The notes beneath the pieces were generated by a model. That model did no database searches, was not told the origin of the DNA, and was given only the letters and a program-made list of their open reading frames with translations. From Vulcanimicrobiales bacterium (GTDB lineage: Bacteria > Vulcanimicrobiota > Vulcanimicrobiia > Vulcanimicrobiales > Vulcanimicrobiaceae), in the NCBI GenBank assembly GCA_038231455.1, contig JBBRLI010000018.1, positions 1 to 61,069 on the forward strand: DNA of 61,069 nucleotides, given 5' to 3'. Positions within the stretch are counted from its first letter, which is position 1. Every line of letters begins with the position of its first letter. Positions 20,744 through 30,459 of this stretch are shown here, one piece after another. A program made the position numbers and the translations under genes.

Positions 20744-22009
20744 TTACGGGTATTTCATCGAGCAGACTTTCGCTTTTTCAGCGACCGACTGTTCGATGGT
20801 GTCGGCTTCTTCACGTCCGATGACGTTGAAGACGTCGAGTTTTTCTTTTGAGGTACCGTTGGGGCGGACTTCCGCGGTCCACATCGGCCACATCAACTGA
20901 TGATCTTCCTTACGGTAGAACATCGTGCCCTCGACGATTGTTTGGAACTTCGTGCCTTCCATGGCTTTTGCGACCTTGACCGCTTCGGTCGATTTTGCTT
21001 CCGCCATTGCGGTGAACAACCGGTCGCCAGAAATGTAGCCAAAAACCGGACGCGCCGTCGGCGGCTGCTTGTGCTCTTTGAGGTAGTCGGCGACGAATTG
21101 ATGCGCCGCTTTGCTCTTGCCGAGAACGAGTTCCGAGTCGTAGTAGTATTCGACTCCCCAGAAACCGGTGCGCGCTTCGGGAGGTAGCGACCAGACGTTT
21201 TCCAGTTCGAGCTGCGGGCCGCCGATCGCGACTTTCTTGTTGAGCCCGAACTGGTTGATCTGTTTGAGGCAGTTGATCGCATCGTTGCCCTGCACGAGAA
21301 CGATGAGAACGTCGGGTTTAGCAGCTTCAACTTTGGTGAGGTACGAACTGAAGTCCGTCGTGCCAAGCGGCGTGAGATCGTTGCCGACGATCGTCCCACC
21401 GAGCTTTTGAAGCACGTCTTTGTAGCCGGCTTCGAGCGCGTGGCCGAACGCGTAATCCGGCGTGATCAAATACCACTTCTTGCCGAACTTCTTCGCCAGC
21501 GTATTGCCGGTCGCATGAGTTTCCATCCACGTGCTGTGACACGTACGGAACGTGCTCCAATTGCACTTTGCGCCGGTCACGTCGTCGCTATGACCGCCCG
21601 AGTCCATGAAGATGACGCCAAGCGACGCGGCTGCAGCGCTAACGGAGATCGAAACGCCCGAACTGACCGTGCCGCCGAGCGCGACGCACTTATCTTGATT
21701 GACGAGTTTACGCGCTTTTTGGACACCGATGCCGGGGTCGGACTGTTCGTCTTCGCTGACCAGCTCGATTTGGCGACCCATGATGCCGCCGCGTTTGTTC
21801 CACGCTTCGGCAGCCATTTTGTAGCCGCGGGTTTCCAGCTCGCCTTGGACGGCGTAGGTTCCCGTGGCGGGCTCGAGTAAGCCGATTTTGATCGAGTCGG
21901 CGGCGGAACCCATCTGCGGGATAAATGCGGGGATGCCAATTGCGGCGGAAGCAGCGGTTAAGCCCGCTCCTTTAATGAGAGCCGAACGGGAGACGGATTT
22001 CTGAATCAA
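20744..22009 (-). CDS. LIV-type ABC substrate-binding protein with Tat-like signal
   Basis: SD AGGAGA then TTG 22009; SRSALIK signal; IKIGLLEPATG, DYAFG and TDFSSYL motifs. Confidence 0.9.
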   Translation of the reverse strand: MIQKSVSRSALIKGAGLTAASAAIGIPAFIPQMGSAADSIKIGLLEPATGTYAVQGELETRGYKMAAEAWNKRGGIMGRQIELVSEDEQSDPGIGVQKARKLVNQDKCVALGGTVSSGVSISVSAAAASLGVIFMDSGGHSDDVTGAKCNWSTFRTCHSTWMETHATGNTLAKKFGKKWYLITPDYAFGHALEAGYKDVLQKLGGTIVGNDLTPLGTTDFSSYLTKVEAAKPDVLIVLVQGNDAINCLKQINQFGLNKKVAIGGPQLELENVWSLPPEARTGFWGVEYYYDSELVLGKSKAAHQFVADYLKEHKQPPTARPVFGYISGDRLFTAMAEAKSTEAVKVAKAMEGTKFQTIVEGTMFYRKEDHQLMWPMWTAEVRPNGTSKEKLDVFNVIGREEADTIEQSVAEKAKVCSMKYP

Positions 22010-22077
22010 TGGTCTCTCCTCTCCGCAGGAAACGCGGCAAGAAATTTTCACCTTGCGAAGCGATGCGGGGAAGTCTC

Positions 22078-22087
22078 TGTTATAACA
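22078..22087. promoter_or_regulatory. Perfect palindrome TGTTATAACA, candidate GntR-family operator overlapping an extended -10
   Basis: 10-bp AT-rich palindrome in the divergent intergenic region; reads TGnTATAAC on either strand. Confidence 0.5.
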
Positions 22088-22199
22088 AGCGCTTCGCGGA
22101 CCATGCGGTCGGCTTTCCGCGTGGCGAAAGATTGCACATCGATCACCGTCCGTGAAATCGTTCGAGGATTCAACGACCGCTTGTGTCGCATCCCACGAC

Positions 22200-24320
22200 A
22201 TGATCGATCTGCGACGGGCCGCATCACTGCTAGCGCTTTCCGCTCTCCTTGCATCGCCCGCCGGTGCAGCCGGGCTTACGTATCCTGCGGCTCCCCCCGG
22301 GACGGTCGTCGAAAATCACTTTGGCACCAGCGTTCCCGATCCGTATCGCTGGATGGAGTCGATCGACGCACCGCAAGTCACGGACTGGGTTCGATCCGAG
22401 AACGCGGTCTCGCGCGCGTACTTCGATGCCATCCCCACTCGCGCAGCGATCAAAGAAAAATACCGCGCGCTTTACAATTACGAGAAAGTCGGCGTGCCGT
22501 TTCGCGAGGGCAAACGCTGGTATAGCTACTACAATTCAGGTCTGCAGAATCAGTTCGTCTTGTATGTGAGCGATTCTCCGCGGGAGCGCGGACACGTGTT
22601 CCTCGATCCGAACACGCTCTCGAGTGACGGCACCGTCGCCCTCGGACCTTCCGCGTTCACCGAAGACGGCTCGCGCTTCGCTTACGCGACGCAGAGCGCA
22701 GGCTCCGATTGGGAAACGTGGCACGTTCGCGACACGGCCACCGGTAAGGATCTACCCGATACGATCGCGTGGAGCAAATTCAGCGGCGCGTCGTGGCTCG
22801 GCGATACCGGTTTCTACTACTCGCGCTTTGCGGCGCCCAAAGACGGCAAACTGCTCGCGGGCGCGCTCTCCAATCAGCAAGTGTTCTTCCACAAAATCGG
22901 CACGCCGCAGGCGGCCGATAAGCTCGTCTACGCGCGTCCCGATCATCCCGATTGGTTCGTCGATGCGGGCGTAACGCGCGACCAGCACTATCTCATCGTA
23001 ACCGAGAGCAAAGGCGAAAAAAACGGCGTTGTGTATCGCGATTTGAGCAAACCGCGCAGCGCCTTCCAAACGCTCTTCAAAAACGAAGTCGCTACGTATA
23101 GCATCATCGATCACGACGGGCCTCGCTTCTACGTGCAGACCACGCAAGACGCACCGCGCCGGCGACTTGCCTCTGTCGACCTCGCCGATCCGAAGCACGC
23201 GCTGCACGATCTCTTGCCGCAGCGCGCAGAGCCGCTCGAGCGCGTCTCGCTCATCGGCAACACGTTTTACGTTTCCTATCTCAAAGACGCGCATTCGATC
23301 GTCGAGATTCACGCACTCGACGGCAAGAAAACCGGCGACCTTGCGACTCCCGGCGTCGGCACGATGGGACCGCCGAGCGCGCGCCGCGAGGACACGCTTG
23401 CGTATTACGGTTACTCGAGCTACTCGACGCCATCGACGATCTATGAATACGACGTGAAGACCGGTACGAGCACGGTTTTTATCGCGCCAAAAATCGCCTT
23501 CGATGCCGCGCAGTACACGACCGAGGAAGTCTTCGCGACGAGCAAAGACGGGACCAAAGTCCCGCTCTTCATCTCGCATAAGAAAGGTATCGCTCTCGAC
23601 GGCACCGCGCCGACGATCCTCTACGCCTACGGCGGATTCGACATCTCGATCTTACCGTCGTTCTCGACGAGCGCCGCACTCTGGATGCAGATGGGCGGCG
23701 TCTATGCGGTCGCGACACTGCGCGGCGGCGCCGAATATGGCGAGGCCTGGCACGAGGCGGGTATGCTCGACAAGAAGCAAAACGTCTTCAATGATTTCTA
23801 CGCGGCCGCACACTACCTCATCGACAACAAGTGGACATCGACGCCAAAACTCGCCGCCAGCGGCGCGAGTAACGGCGGCCTGCTCGTTGGTGCGGCGATC
23901 ACGCAACATCCCGAACTCTTCGGAGCATCGCTCCCGAGCGTGGGCGTGATGGACATGTTGCGCTTTCACAAATTCACGGTCGGCGCAGCGTGGATCCCCG
24001 AGTACGGTTCGGCCGACGCAAACGAACAGCAGTTCAAAACGCTCTACGCCTACTCACCATACGCGAACATCAAGCCCGGGGTGAAATACCCGCCGACGCT
24101 CATCCGAACCGCCGACCATGACGATCGGGTGTTCCCCGCGCACAGCTTCAAGTTCGCAGCGAAAATGCAAGCCGATCAGGCGGGCGACGCTCCGATTCTC
24201 ATCAGCATCGAATCCAAAGCCGGCCACGGCGGCGGCAAACCCACCGACAAAATCATCGACGAGCTCGCGGATACCTATGCGTTCCTTGTCAAAAACCTGG
24301 ACTTCACGCCAACGCTCTAG
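22200..24320 (+). CDS. Exported prolyl oligopeptidase (S9A)
   Basis: DPYRWME, YGGF, GASNGG (Ser), DHDDRV (Asp) and AGHG (His) motifs; signal peptide from ATG 22200. Confidence 0.95.
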   Translation: MIDLRRAASLLALSALLASPAGAAGLTYPAAPPGTVVENHFGTSVPDPYRWMESIDAPQVTDWVRSENAVSRAYFDAIPTRAAIKEKYRALYNYEKVGVPFREGKRWYSYYNSGLQNQFVLYVSDSPRERGHVFLDPNTLSSDGTVALGPSAFTEDGSRFAYATQSAGSDWETWHVRDTATGKDLPDTIAWSKFSGASWLGDTGFYYSRFAAPKDGKLLAGALSNQQVFFHKIGTPQAADKLVYARPDHPDWFVDAGVTRDQHYLIVTESKGEKNGVVYRDLSKPRSAFQTLFKNEVATYSIIDHDGPRFYVQTTQDAPRRRLASVDLADPKHALHDLLPQRAEPLERVSLIGNTFYVSYLKDAHSIVEIHALDGKKTGDLATPGVGTMGPPSARREDTLAYYGYSSYSTPSTIYEYDVKTGTSTVFIAPKIAFDAAQYTTEEVFATSKDGTKVPLFISHKKGIALDGTAPTILYAYGGFDISILPSFSTSAALWMQMGGVYAVATLRGGAEYGEAWHEAGMLDKKQNVFNDFYAAAHYLIDNKWTSTPKLAASGASNGGLLVGAAITQHPELFGASLPSVGVMDMLRFHKFTVGAAWIPEYGSADANEQQFKTLYAYSPYANIKPGVKYPPTLIRTADHDDRVFPAHSFKFAAKMQADQAGDAPILISIESKAGHGGGKPTDKIIDELADTYAFLVKNLDFTPTL

Positions 24321-24335
24321 TCTTGCGCGTTCTTT

Positions 24336-25097
24336 TTAGAGGCTGCTCACCAGATGACCGCCATCGACGTCGATGACGCTGCCGGTCATGTATGCCGATG
24401 CTTCGGAGGCAAGTAAGAGCGTCGGTCCATCGAGGTCGGCGAGGCGGCCGACACGGCGTTGGGGGATGCGCTTGATCATCGCTTTGCCGGCGTCCGTCTC
24501 AAAAAAGCCGGCGTTGATTTCGGTTTCGAAATAGCCGGGCGCGATTGCGTTGACGCGGATCCGATATCGCGCAAGTTCGAGCGCGAGTGACTTGGTGAGT
24601 TGAATCAATCCGGCTTTCGATGCGGTGTACGCGGCCACGCCTCCGGTCACGCGCTTGCCCAGGATCGAGGCGATATTGATGATCGTGCCGGCTTGTGCGC
24701 GCGCGATGCGGCGGTGTGCGAAGGCGCGCGCGACGAGCCACGGACCTTTGAGGTTCGTGTCGATCGTTGTGTCCCACTCGACTTCGGTGATATCGACGAC
24801 ACTATGGGTTTCGTGCGAGACACCGGCGTTGTTGATGAGGATGTCGATGCCGTCGGTTTCCGTGTCGGCTTTTGCGAACGCGCGTGCAACGCTTTCGGCA
24901 TCGGTCACATCGAGCGTGAGCGGCACGGCACGGCCGCCGGCCGCGACGATCGAATCGACGATTGCATGCAGCCGCTCTTCGCGACGCCCGGTGACAAAGA
25001 CGTTCGCACCGGCCTGCGCGAGCACGTGCGCGAGATGCTCGCCGATGCCGCCGGTCGCTCCGGTAACGAGCGCCGTCTTGCCGCCAAGATCCGTCAC
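24336..25097 (-). CDS. SDR oxidoreductase
   Basis: TGATGGIG, NNAG and YTASK motifs; 3 bp downstream of the thiolase. Confidence 0.92.
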   Translation of the reverse strand: MTDLGGKTALVTGATGGIGEHLAHVLAQAGANVFVTGRREERLHAIVDSIVAAGGRAVPLTLDVTDAESVARAFAKADTETDGIDILINNAGVSHETHSVVDITEVEWDTTIDTNLKGPWLVARAFAHRRIARAQAGTIINIASILGKRVTGGVAAYTASKAGLIQLTKSLALELARYRIRVNAIAPGYFETEINAGFFETDAGKAMIKRIPQRRVGRLADLDGPTLLLASEASAYMTGSVIDVDGGHLVSSL

Positions 25098-25100
25098 GAT

Positions 25101-26297
25101 CTACACGCGCTCGAACAGTGCGGCCATACCCTGACCGCCGCCGATACACATCGTGACGATCCCCAGTCGGCCGCCGCTGCGATGCAGTTCGCCGAGCAGT
25201 TTCACAACCAGAATCGCGCCGGTCGCGCCGATCGGATGACCGAGCGCAATCGCGCCGCCGTTCGGATTTACTTTTTTTGGATCCATGCCGGTATCGCGCA
25301 TCACCGGCACGACCTGGGCGGCGAAGGCTTCGTTCAGTTCCACGATGTCGATCTGCTCGATCGTGTGCCCGGTTTTCGCGAGCAGTTTCTTCACCGCGGG
25401 CGTCGGACCGACGCCCATGATCTCGGGTTCGAGCGCAGCGACCGCCGCGCCAACGAAGCGCAACATGGGTCCCGTAAAACCGCGCTCCCGCGCTTGGCTC
25501 TCGCGCATCAGCACGACGGCAGCGGCTGCATCGTTGATCCCCGCGGCATTACCGGCCGTTACGCTGCCGTCGCTTTTGAACGCCGGTTTGAGTTTCGCAA
25601 GCGCTTCGAGCGTGGTCTGCGGACGCGGGTGCTCGTCTTTGTCGATCGTGACCGTCTCTTTGCCGCGCTTGACCGTGATCGGGACGATCTGATCGTCGAA
25701 ACGTCCGGCGCCGATTGCGGCTGCCGCGCGCTTTTGGCTCTCGAGTGCCCAGGCATCTTGATCGGCGCGCGACACGTCGAACTTCGCAACGACGTTTTCC
25801 GCCGTGATCCCCATTTGATAGCGACCGAAGGGATCTTCCAGGAGTGAGAGCGTGCCGTCGATGAGCGTGCGGTTGCCGAGCGACGCTCCGCTACCGCCGC
25901 GCGTGCCGTACTCGAGAAACGGCTGCATCGTCATATTCTCATCGCCGCCCGCGACGACGATTGCGGCATCGCCGGCAAGAATGCTGTTGACGCCGGTCCA
26001 GATCGCCTGGAGACCCGAGGAACACAGGCGGTTCACGGTCTGTGCGGTCACGGTGACGGGCAGCCCCGCGGTAAGCGCGCAGCGGCGCGCGTTGTACGCA
26101 TCGGGGCCGACTTGTCCGACTTGGCCCATCACCACCTCGTCGACTTCGTCCGGGCGCACGTGCGCGCGTTCGAGCGCGGCGACGATCGCCGCGGCGCCGA
26201 GTTCGTGCGCGGGCGTCGCCGCGAAGGCGCCGCCGAAGCGGCCGATCGGCGTACGCATGCCGGCGACGACGACGACGGAGTCGGTTGCATTCATCAT
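25101..26297 (-). CDS. Acetyl-CoA C-acyltransferase (thiolase)
   Basis: RTPIG, NRLCSSG, NEAF, GHPIGATG and CIGGGQG motifs. Start MMNATD at 26297. Confidence 0.95.
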   Translation of the reverse strand: MMNATDSVVVVAGMRTPIGRFGGAFAATPAHELGAAAIVAALERAHVRPDEVDEVVMGQVGQVGPDAYNARRCALTAGLPVTVTAQTVNRLCSSGLQAIWTGVNSILAGDAAIVVAGGDENMTMQPFLEYGTRGGSGASLGNRTLIDGTLSLLEDPFGRYQMGITAENVVAKFDVSRADQDAWALESQKRAAAAIGAGRFDDQIVPITVKRGKETVTIDKDEHPRPQTTLEALAKLKPAFKSDGSVTAGNAAGINDAAAAVVLMRESQARERGFTGPMLRFVGAAVAALEPEIMGVGPTPAVKKLLAKTGHTIEQIDIVELNEAFAAQVVPVMRDTGMDPKKVNPNGGAIALGHPIGATGAILVVKLLGELHRSGGRLGIVTMCIGGGQGMAALFERV

Positions 26298-26351
26298 GTG
26301 CGCTCGTTCGGCGCACGCGCGCGACAACCCCAGGTGTGATAGAGTGCCAGC

Positions 26352-27059
26352 ATGGCGATCCGCGCACTCATCTTCGATGTTTTTGGAACCCTTGTCGATT
26401 GGCGCACGAGCATCATTACCGAATTGCGCGCGTTCGGTGTTGAGCGCGGACTCGCGCACGTCGACTGGGAGGGGCTGGTTGATGATTGGCGCGGCGCGTA
26501 CGTGCCTTCGATGGAACGCGTGCGGTCCGGCGCGCAGCCGTGGACGAATCTCGACGCACTGCACCGCACCTCGTTCGACGAACTCGCCGAGCGCTACGGG
26601 CTCAGCGTGCTGGGCGAACGCGAGCGCGCTCACTGCGCGCAGGCCTGGCACCGGCTACGGCCGTGGCCCGACGTTCCCGCGGCACTTCGGCGACTGCGCC
26701 GCAGCTTCGTGCTCGCGCCGCTCTCGAACGGAAACGTGTCGCTCCTTGTCGATCTCGCGCGTTACGCGAGTCTCGATTTCGATACGATTCTTTCGGCCGA
26801 GCTTTTCCGGCACTACAAACCCGATCCCGAGACGTATCTTGGCGCCGTCGCGCTCCTCGGCTGCGAACCCCGTGAGGTGGTGATGGTCGCCGCGCATAAC
26901 GGCGATCTGCATGCCGCGGCTCGCGCCGGGTTGAAGACGGCGTTCGTGCCGCGGCCGGTGGAATATGGACCGCATCAGACGATCGATCTGAGGGCCACAG
27001 CGGACGTGGATTTTCCGGTTGCAGACCTCGACCAACTCGCCGACCGGCTTGGCGCTTAA
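26352..27059 (+). CDS. Haloacid dehalogenase type II (HAD)
   Basis: FDVFGTLVDW, LSNG, YKP and AAHNGDL motifs. Confidence 0.92.
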   Translation: MAIRALIFDVFGTLVDWRTSIITELRAFGVERGLAHVDWEGLVDDWRGAYVPSMERVRSGAQPWTNLDALHRTSFDELAERYGLSVLGERERAHCAQAWHRLRPWPDVPAALRRLRRSFVLAPLSNGNVSLLVDLARYASLDFDTILSAELFRHYKPDPETYLGAVALLGCEPREVVMVAAHNGDLHAAARAGLKTAFVPRPVEYGPHQTIDLRATADVDFPVADLDQLADRLGA

Positions 27060-27068
27060 GGAGCTCTT

Positions 27069-28142
27069 GTGACGACCTATCGCATCGCAGCAATCCCTGG
27101 CGACGGCATCGGTAGCGAAGTGATCGCTGCCGGGCTCACCGTACTGCGCGCGCTGGAGAACCGCAGCGGAGCGTTTCACTTGGATGTGACGTCCTATCCG
27201 TGGGGATCGCAGTACTATCGCGACCACGGGGTGATGCTCGCGCCGGATGCGCTCCCTGTCTTACGCAGCTTCGATGCGATTTATTTCGGGGCGGTCGGCG
27301 CGCCCGACTTACCGGACGATCTCACGCTCTGGGGACTGCGCCTTGCGATCTGCCAAGGTTTGGATCAATACGCGAACGTGCGGCCGACGCGGGTGCTACG
27401 CGGTCTCGAAAGTCCACTGCGCGATCTTGCGACGGGAGCGCTTGACTGGATCATCGTACGCGAGAACAGCGAAGGCGAATATTCCGGCCACGGGGGACGC
27501 GTTCATCGCGGAACGGCGCTCGAAATGGCGACCGAAGTGTCGATCGTTACGCGCGGCGGAACCGAACGCATCATGCGCTACGCCTTCGATCTGGCGCGCA
27601 CACGCTCGAAGCGTCTCACCTACGTCACTAAATCCAACGCGCAAAAACACGGCATGGTGCTCTGGGATGAAATCGCGCGCGAGACCGCGGCCGAGTATCC
27701 CGACGTTCGCCTCGATAAGGAACTCGTCGATGCAATGACGGTACGGATGGTCAACAAACCCGCATCACTCGATGTCATCGTGGCGACGAACCTGCATGCC
27801 GATATCCTCAGCGATCTTGCCGCGGCGCTTGCAGGCAGCATCGGCATTGCGCCCACGGCGAACATCGATCCGTCGCGCCAGGCGCCTTCGATGTTCGAAC
27901 CGATCCATGGTTCGGCATTCGACATCACCGGCAAAGGCATCGCAAATCCCATCGGCTCGCTTTGGAGTGCGGTGATGATGCTCGAGCATCTCGGCGAATC
28001 GGGCGCCGCGGCGGACTTGATGGCGGCGATCGAATCGGTCTGCGAGCGCGGCCCGCGCACGCCGGATTTGGGCGGAACGGGAACGACCGCATCCGTTGCG
28101 GATGCGGTCGTTGCGGCCCTCGGTCAACGCGTTAGCGTCTAG
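27069..28142 (+). CDS. Tartrate / D-malate dehydrogenase (decarboxylating; IPMDH/IDH family)
   Basis: IPGDGIG, DQYANVRP, RENSEGEY, TKSNAQ, NLHADILSDL and FEPIHGSA motifs. Confidence 0.9.
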   Translation: MTTYRIAAIPGDGIGSEVIAAGLTVLRALENRSGAFHLDVTSYPWGSQYYRDHGVMLAPDALPVLRSFDAIYFGAVGAPDLPDDLTLWGLRLAICQGLDQYANVRPTRVLRGLESPLRDLATGALDWIIVRENSEGEYSGHGGRVHRGTALEMATEVSIVTRGGTERIMRYAFDLARTRSKRLTYVTKSNAQKHGMVLWDEIARETAAEYPDVRLDKELVDAMTVRMVNKPASLDVIVATNLHADILSDLAAALAGSIGIAPTANIDPSRQAPSMFEPIHGSAFDITGKGIANPIGSLWSAVMMLEHLGESGAAADLMAAIESVCERGPRTPDLGGTGTTASVADAVVAALGQRVSV

Positions 28143-28645
28143 TCCCCGTCGCCGTGGTCTCCATGGTCGCCATGATGACCGTGCTTATCGTCTTTGTCTT
28201 TGCGATGTTTGTACTCGCCGTAATGATTGCCGTTGTTGCCATTGTTCCGGTTGTTGTAGCGGTCGTCGGCGTCGCGTTCGTGACGCGGGCGATTGTTGGG
28301 ATTGCCGTACTGGTAGCCATTCGCATTCGGGTTGTAGTACGCGTACTGTCCCCACGGATACTGGCCGTTTGAATTGGGATACACGGTCTGACCGTTGCGC
28401 ATCACGATGCGTCCGTCGCCGTAGACCGTTCCGCCATTTTGCGTATAGCCGACGACCCGATTTGCTTGCTGCTTCTTGTGCTGATAATTGTTATAGAGAA
28501 TGATTCCGCCGATGACTGCTGCAGCACCTAAGACCGTATTGATCGTGCTCTGCGTGCTGGCTTCCGCCGGCTTCTGCGGCACGCTGAACGCCAGCATCGC
28601 CGCAAGTCCGGTGCCGACCACGATTTTCGATAATGAATTGATCAC
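28139..28645 (-). CDS. Secreted Asn/Gly/Tyr-rich hypothetical protein with His/Asp/Gly tail
   Basis: SD GAGGAG before GTG; signal peptide ending AEA; tail KHGHHGDHGDHGDGD. Confidence 0.8.
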   Translation of the reverse strand: MINSLSKIVVGTGLAAMLAFSVPQKPAEASTQSTINTVLGAAAVIGGIILYNNYQHKKQQANRVVGYTQNGGTVYGDGRIVMRNGQTVYPNSNGQYPWGQYAYYNPNANGYQYGNPNNRPRHERDADDRYNNRNNGNNGNHYGEYKHRKDKDDKHGHHGDHGDHGDGD

Positions 28646-28774
28646 GTTGTTCTCCTCGTAGCGCGAAAGCTACCAACCCTTCGATTGTGCCCGCATAGGA
28701 TCAACGTCAAGCAAAAAGCAAACGTCTCGAGCAAACGCCGGTTCGTATCGCACCGGGAGCTCGCTCGCTATCGA

Positions 28775-29701
28775 CTATGCGTCGCGCAGCATGCGCCCGA
28801 AGAGCGCTTCAACACTGGGAAGCCCATCATCGAGCGAGACGGCACGAGCATCGGGGAAATGCGACTCGGCAAGGTCGCGCAGGACGCGGCCCGGCCGCAT
28901 TTCGATGAAGAGCCGCGCGCCCGCTTCGTAAAGCCCCTCGGAGACGAGGTCCCATCGGACCGGCTGGGCGACGTTGCCGAGCACATCGTCGCGGACGGAA
29001 TTCGCGTCGCGCAACAGCCGCCCCGTGATATTCCCGGCGAACGGAACGTTTGGGTGCGCGAAGTGTTCCTCACCGTAGACCGCGTGCAAACCAACTTCGA
29101 CGGGATCCATCAGCGCGCAGTGCGAGGGGTTCGCGACGTTCAGCAAACGCGCGGTGCGTGCGCCGCGGGCGAGAGCCATCTCGCAGGCGCGTGCGAGTGC
29201 GGCGCGCGCGCCGGAGAGCACGACTTGTCGCGGCCCGTTAACGTTCGCCCGATAGACCGGGTCGGAGGGCGAACTCACGTCGGCGGCGAGTGCATAGACC
29301 GCGGCGACGTCGAGCCCGACGAGCGCCGCCATTCCGTAGCCGGGGCGAATCGCGTGTGACATCAGCGTCGCACGGCTTTCGACGATCCGCACCGCCCGAT
29401 CGAGCGCAAGTGCACCCGATGCGACCGCAGCAGCGAATGCGCCGACCGAATGACCCGCGACCCAATCCGGACGAATGCCGGCATCGACGAGATCCCGCGC
29501 CGATGCGACCCCAACGCTCAAAAGCCCGAGTTGCGCGCCGAGCGCCGTTTCGATGAATGCCGGATCCGACAAACGATGTTCGAGATCCCAGCCGAGCTCG
29601 AGCGACGCCTCGGCAAGCACGCGATCGAAATTCGGGCTTGCGGCGCGAACGGCCATGCCTGCATCTTGCGAGCCTTGACCGGGAAAGAGAAACGCGATCA
29701 C
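28775..29701 (-). CDS. mdcH: Malonate decarboxylase epsilon subunit (malonyl-CoA:ACP transacylase)
   Basis: FPGQGSQ, GHSVG and PSH motifs; last gene of the mdc operon. Confidence 0.9.
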   Translation of the reverse strand: MIAFLFPGQGSQDAGMAVRAASPNFDRVLAEASLELGWDLEHRLSDPAFIETALGAQLGLLSVGVASARDLVDAGIRPDWVAGHSVGAFAAAVASGALALDRAVRIVESRATLMSHAIRPGYGMAALVGLDVAAVYALAADVSSPSDPVYRANVNGPRQVVLSGARAALARACEMALARGARTARLLNVANPSHCALMDPVEVGLHAVYGEEHFAHPNVPFAGNITGRLLRDANSVRDDVLGNVAQPVRWDLVSEGLYEAGARLFIEMRPGRVLRDLAESHFPDARAVSLDDGLPSVEALFGRMLRDA

Positions 29702-30459
29702 GCGGGATCGATATGCGCGAGATACAACGCTGCGGCGAGAACGTCGGCACTCCCGCCCGGCGAGAGACCACGTGCGACAAGCGCGCGGTCAAACGAGCGG
29801 AGCGCACGGTCATCACCCCGAGCGAGTGCGCGACGCGCACGAACCCGAGCAAAATGTAAACCGCGCGGTCCGCCACGATGAAGGATACACGTATCGTCGA
29901 TGTTGGCAATCACGGCGAGGAGCGCGTTCGCCGCACAACGCGGACCACCCGCGCGCAAGACGGGCAGCGCGATCGTGAGCGCCGCAGGAAAGCCTGCCTC
30001 CGCTTCGCCACGAGCGCCACGCACGCCGTAGCGATGCTCGACACGCGCACCATTCGATGCGCTTCGCGGTGCGAACCCATCCGCGAGGCGCGCGAGGCCA
30101 GCTGCACGCGCCGCGATCGCATGCGCCGTCGTTGCTCCGCGGAGCGAGCGTGCCGTCGTCAACAAACCCAGCGACCAGAGCGCTCCGCGGTGCGTGTTCA
30201 CGCCGCCCGTCGCCCGTAGCATCACGCGTTCGCCATTGCGAGCAACCGCGCCGATTTCTTCACGCAATGCGCGCGAGAGGGTCTGCGCATCGCGGCCGAT
30301 CCGTTCGAGCGAAGCGAACGTCTCATCGAGCGCAAGCGCTCCCGCTTCCATGCGATGTGCGTCCATATCGCGATGCGCGCCGCGATGTTCGCGATCGACG
30401 AGCCCGGGCTTCGGCGTAAGATCGAGTTCGGCGAGCAACGCCGCCGTCGCGCTCCTCAC
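29698..30459 (-). CDS. mdcB: Triphosphoribosyl-dephospho-CoA synthase
   Basis: LTPKPGLVD, GVNTHRG and LSPGGSAD motifs (CitG/MdcB). Confidence 0.92.
   Translation of the reverse strand: MRSATAALLAELDLTPKPGLVDREHRGAHRDMDAHRMEAGALALDETFASLERIGRDAQTLSRALREEIGAVARNGERVMLRATGGVNTHRGALWSLGLLTTARSLRGATTAHAIAARAAGLARLADGFAPRSASNGARVEHRYGVRGARGEAEAGFPAALTIALPVLRAGGPRCAANALLAVIANIDDTCILHRGGPRGLHFARVRARRALARGDDRALRSFDRALVARGLSPGGSADVLAAALYLAHIDPA

Noticed and set aside
22010-22075. Two small hairpins in the 5' UTR of the ABC binding-protein gene
   Set aside because: No recognisable riboswitch consensus or expression platform; short GC stems are expected by chance.
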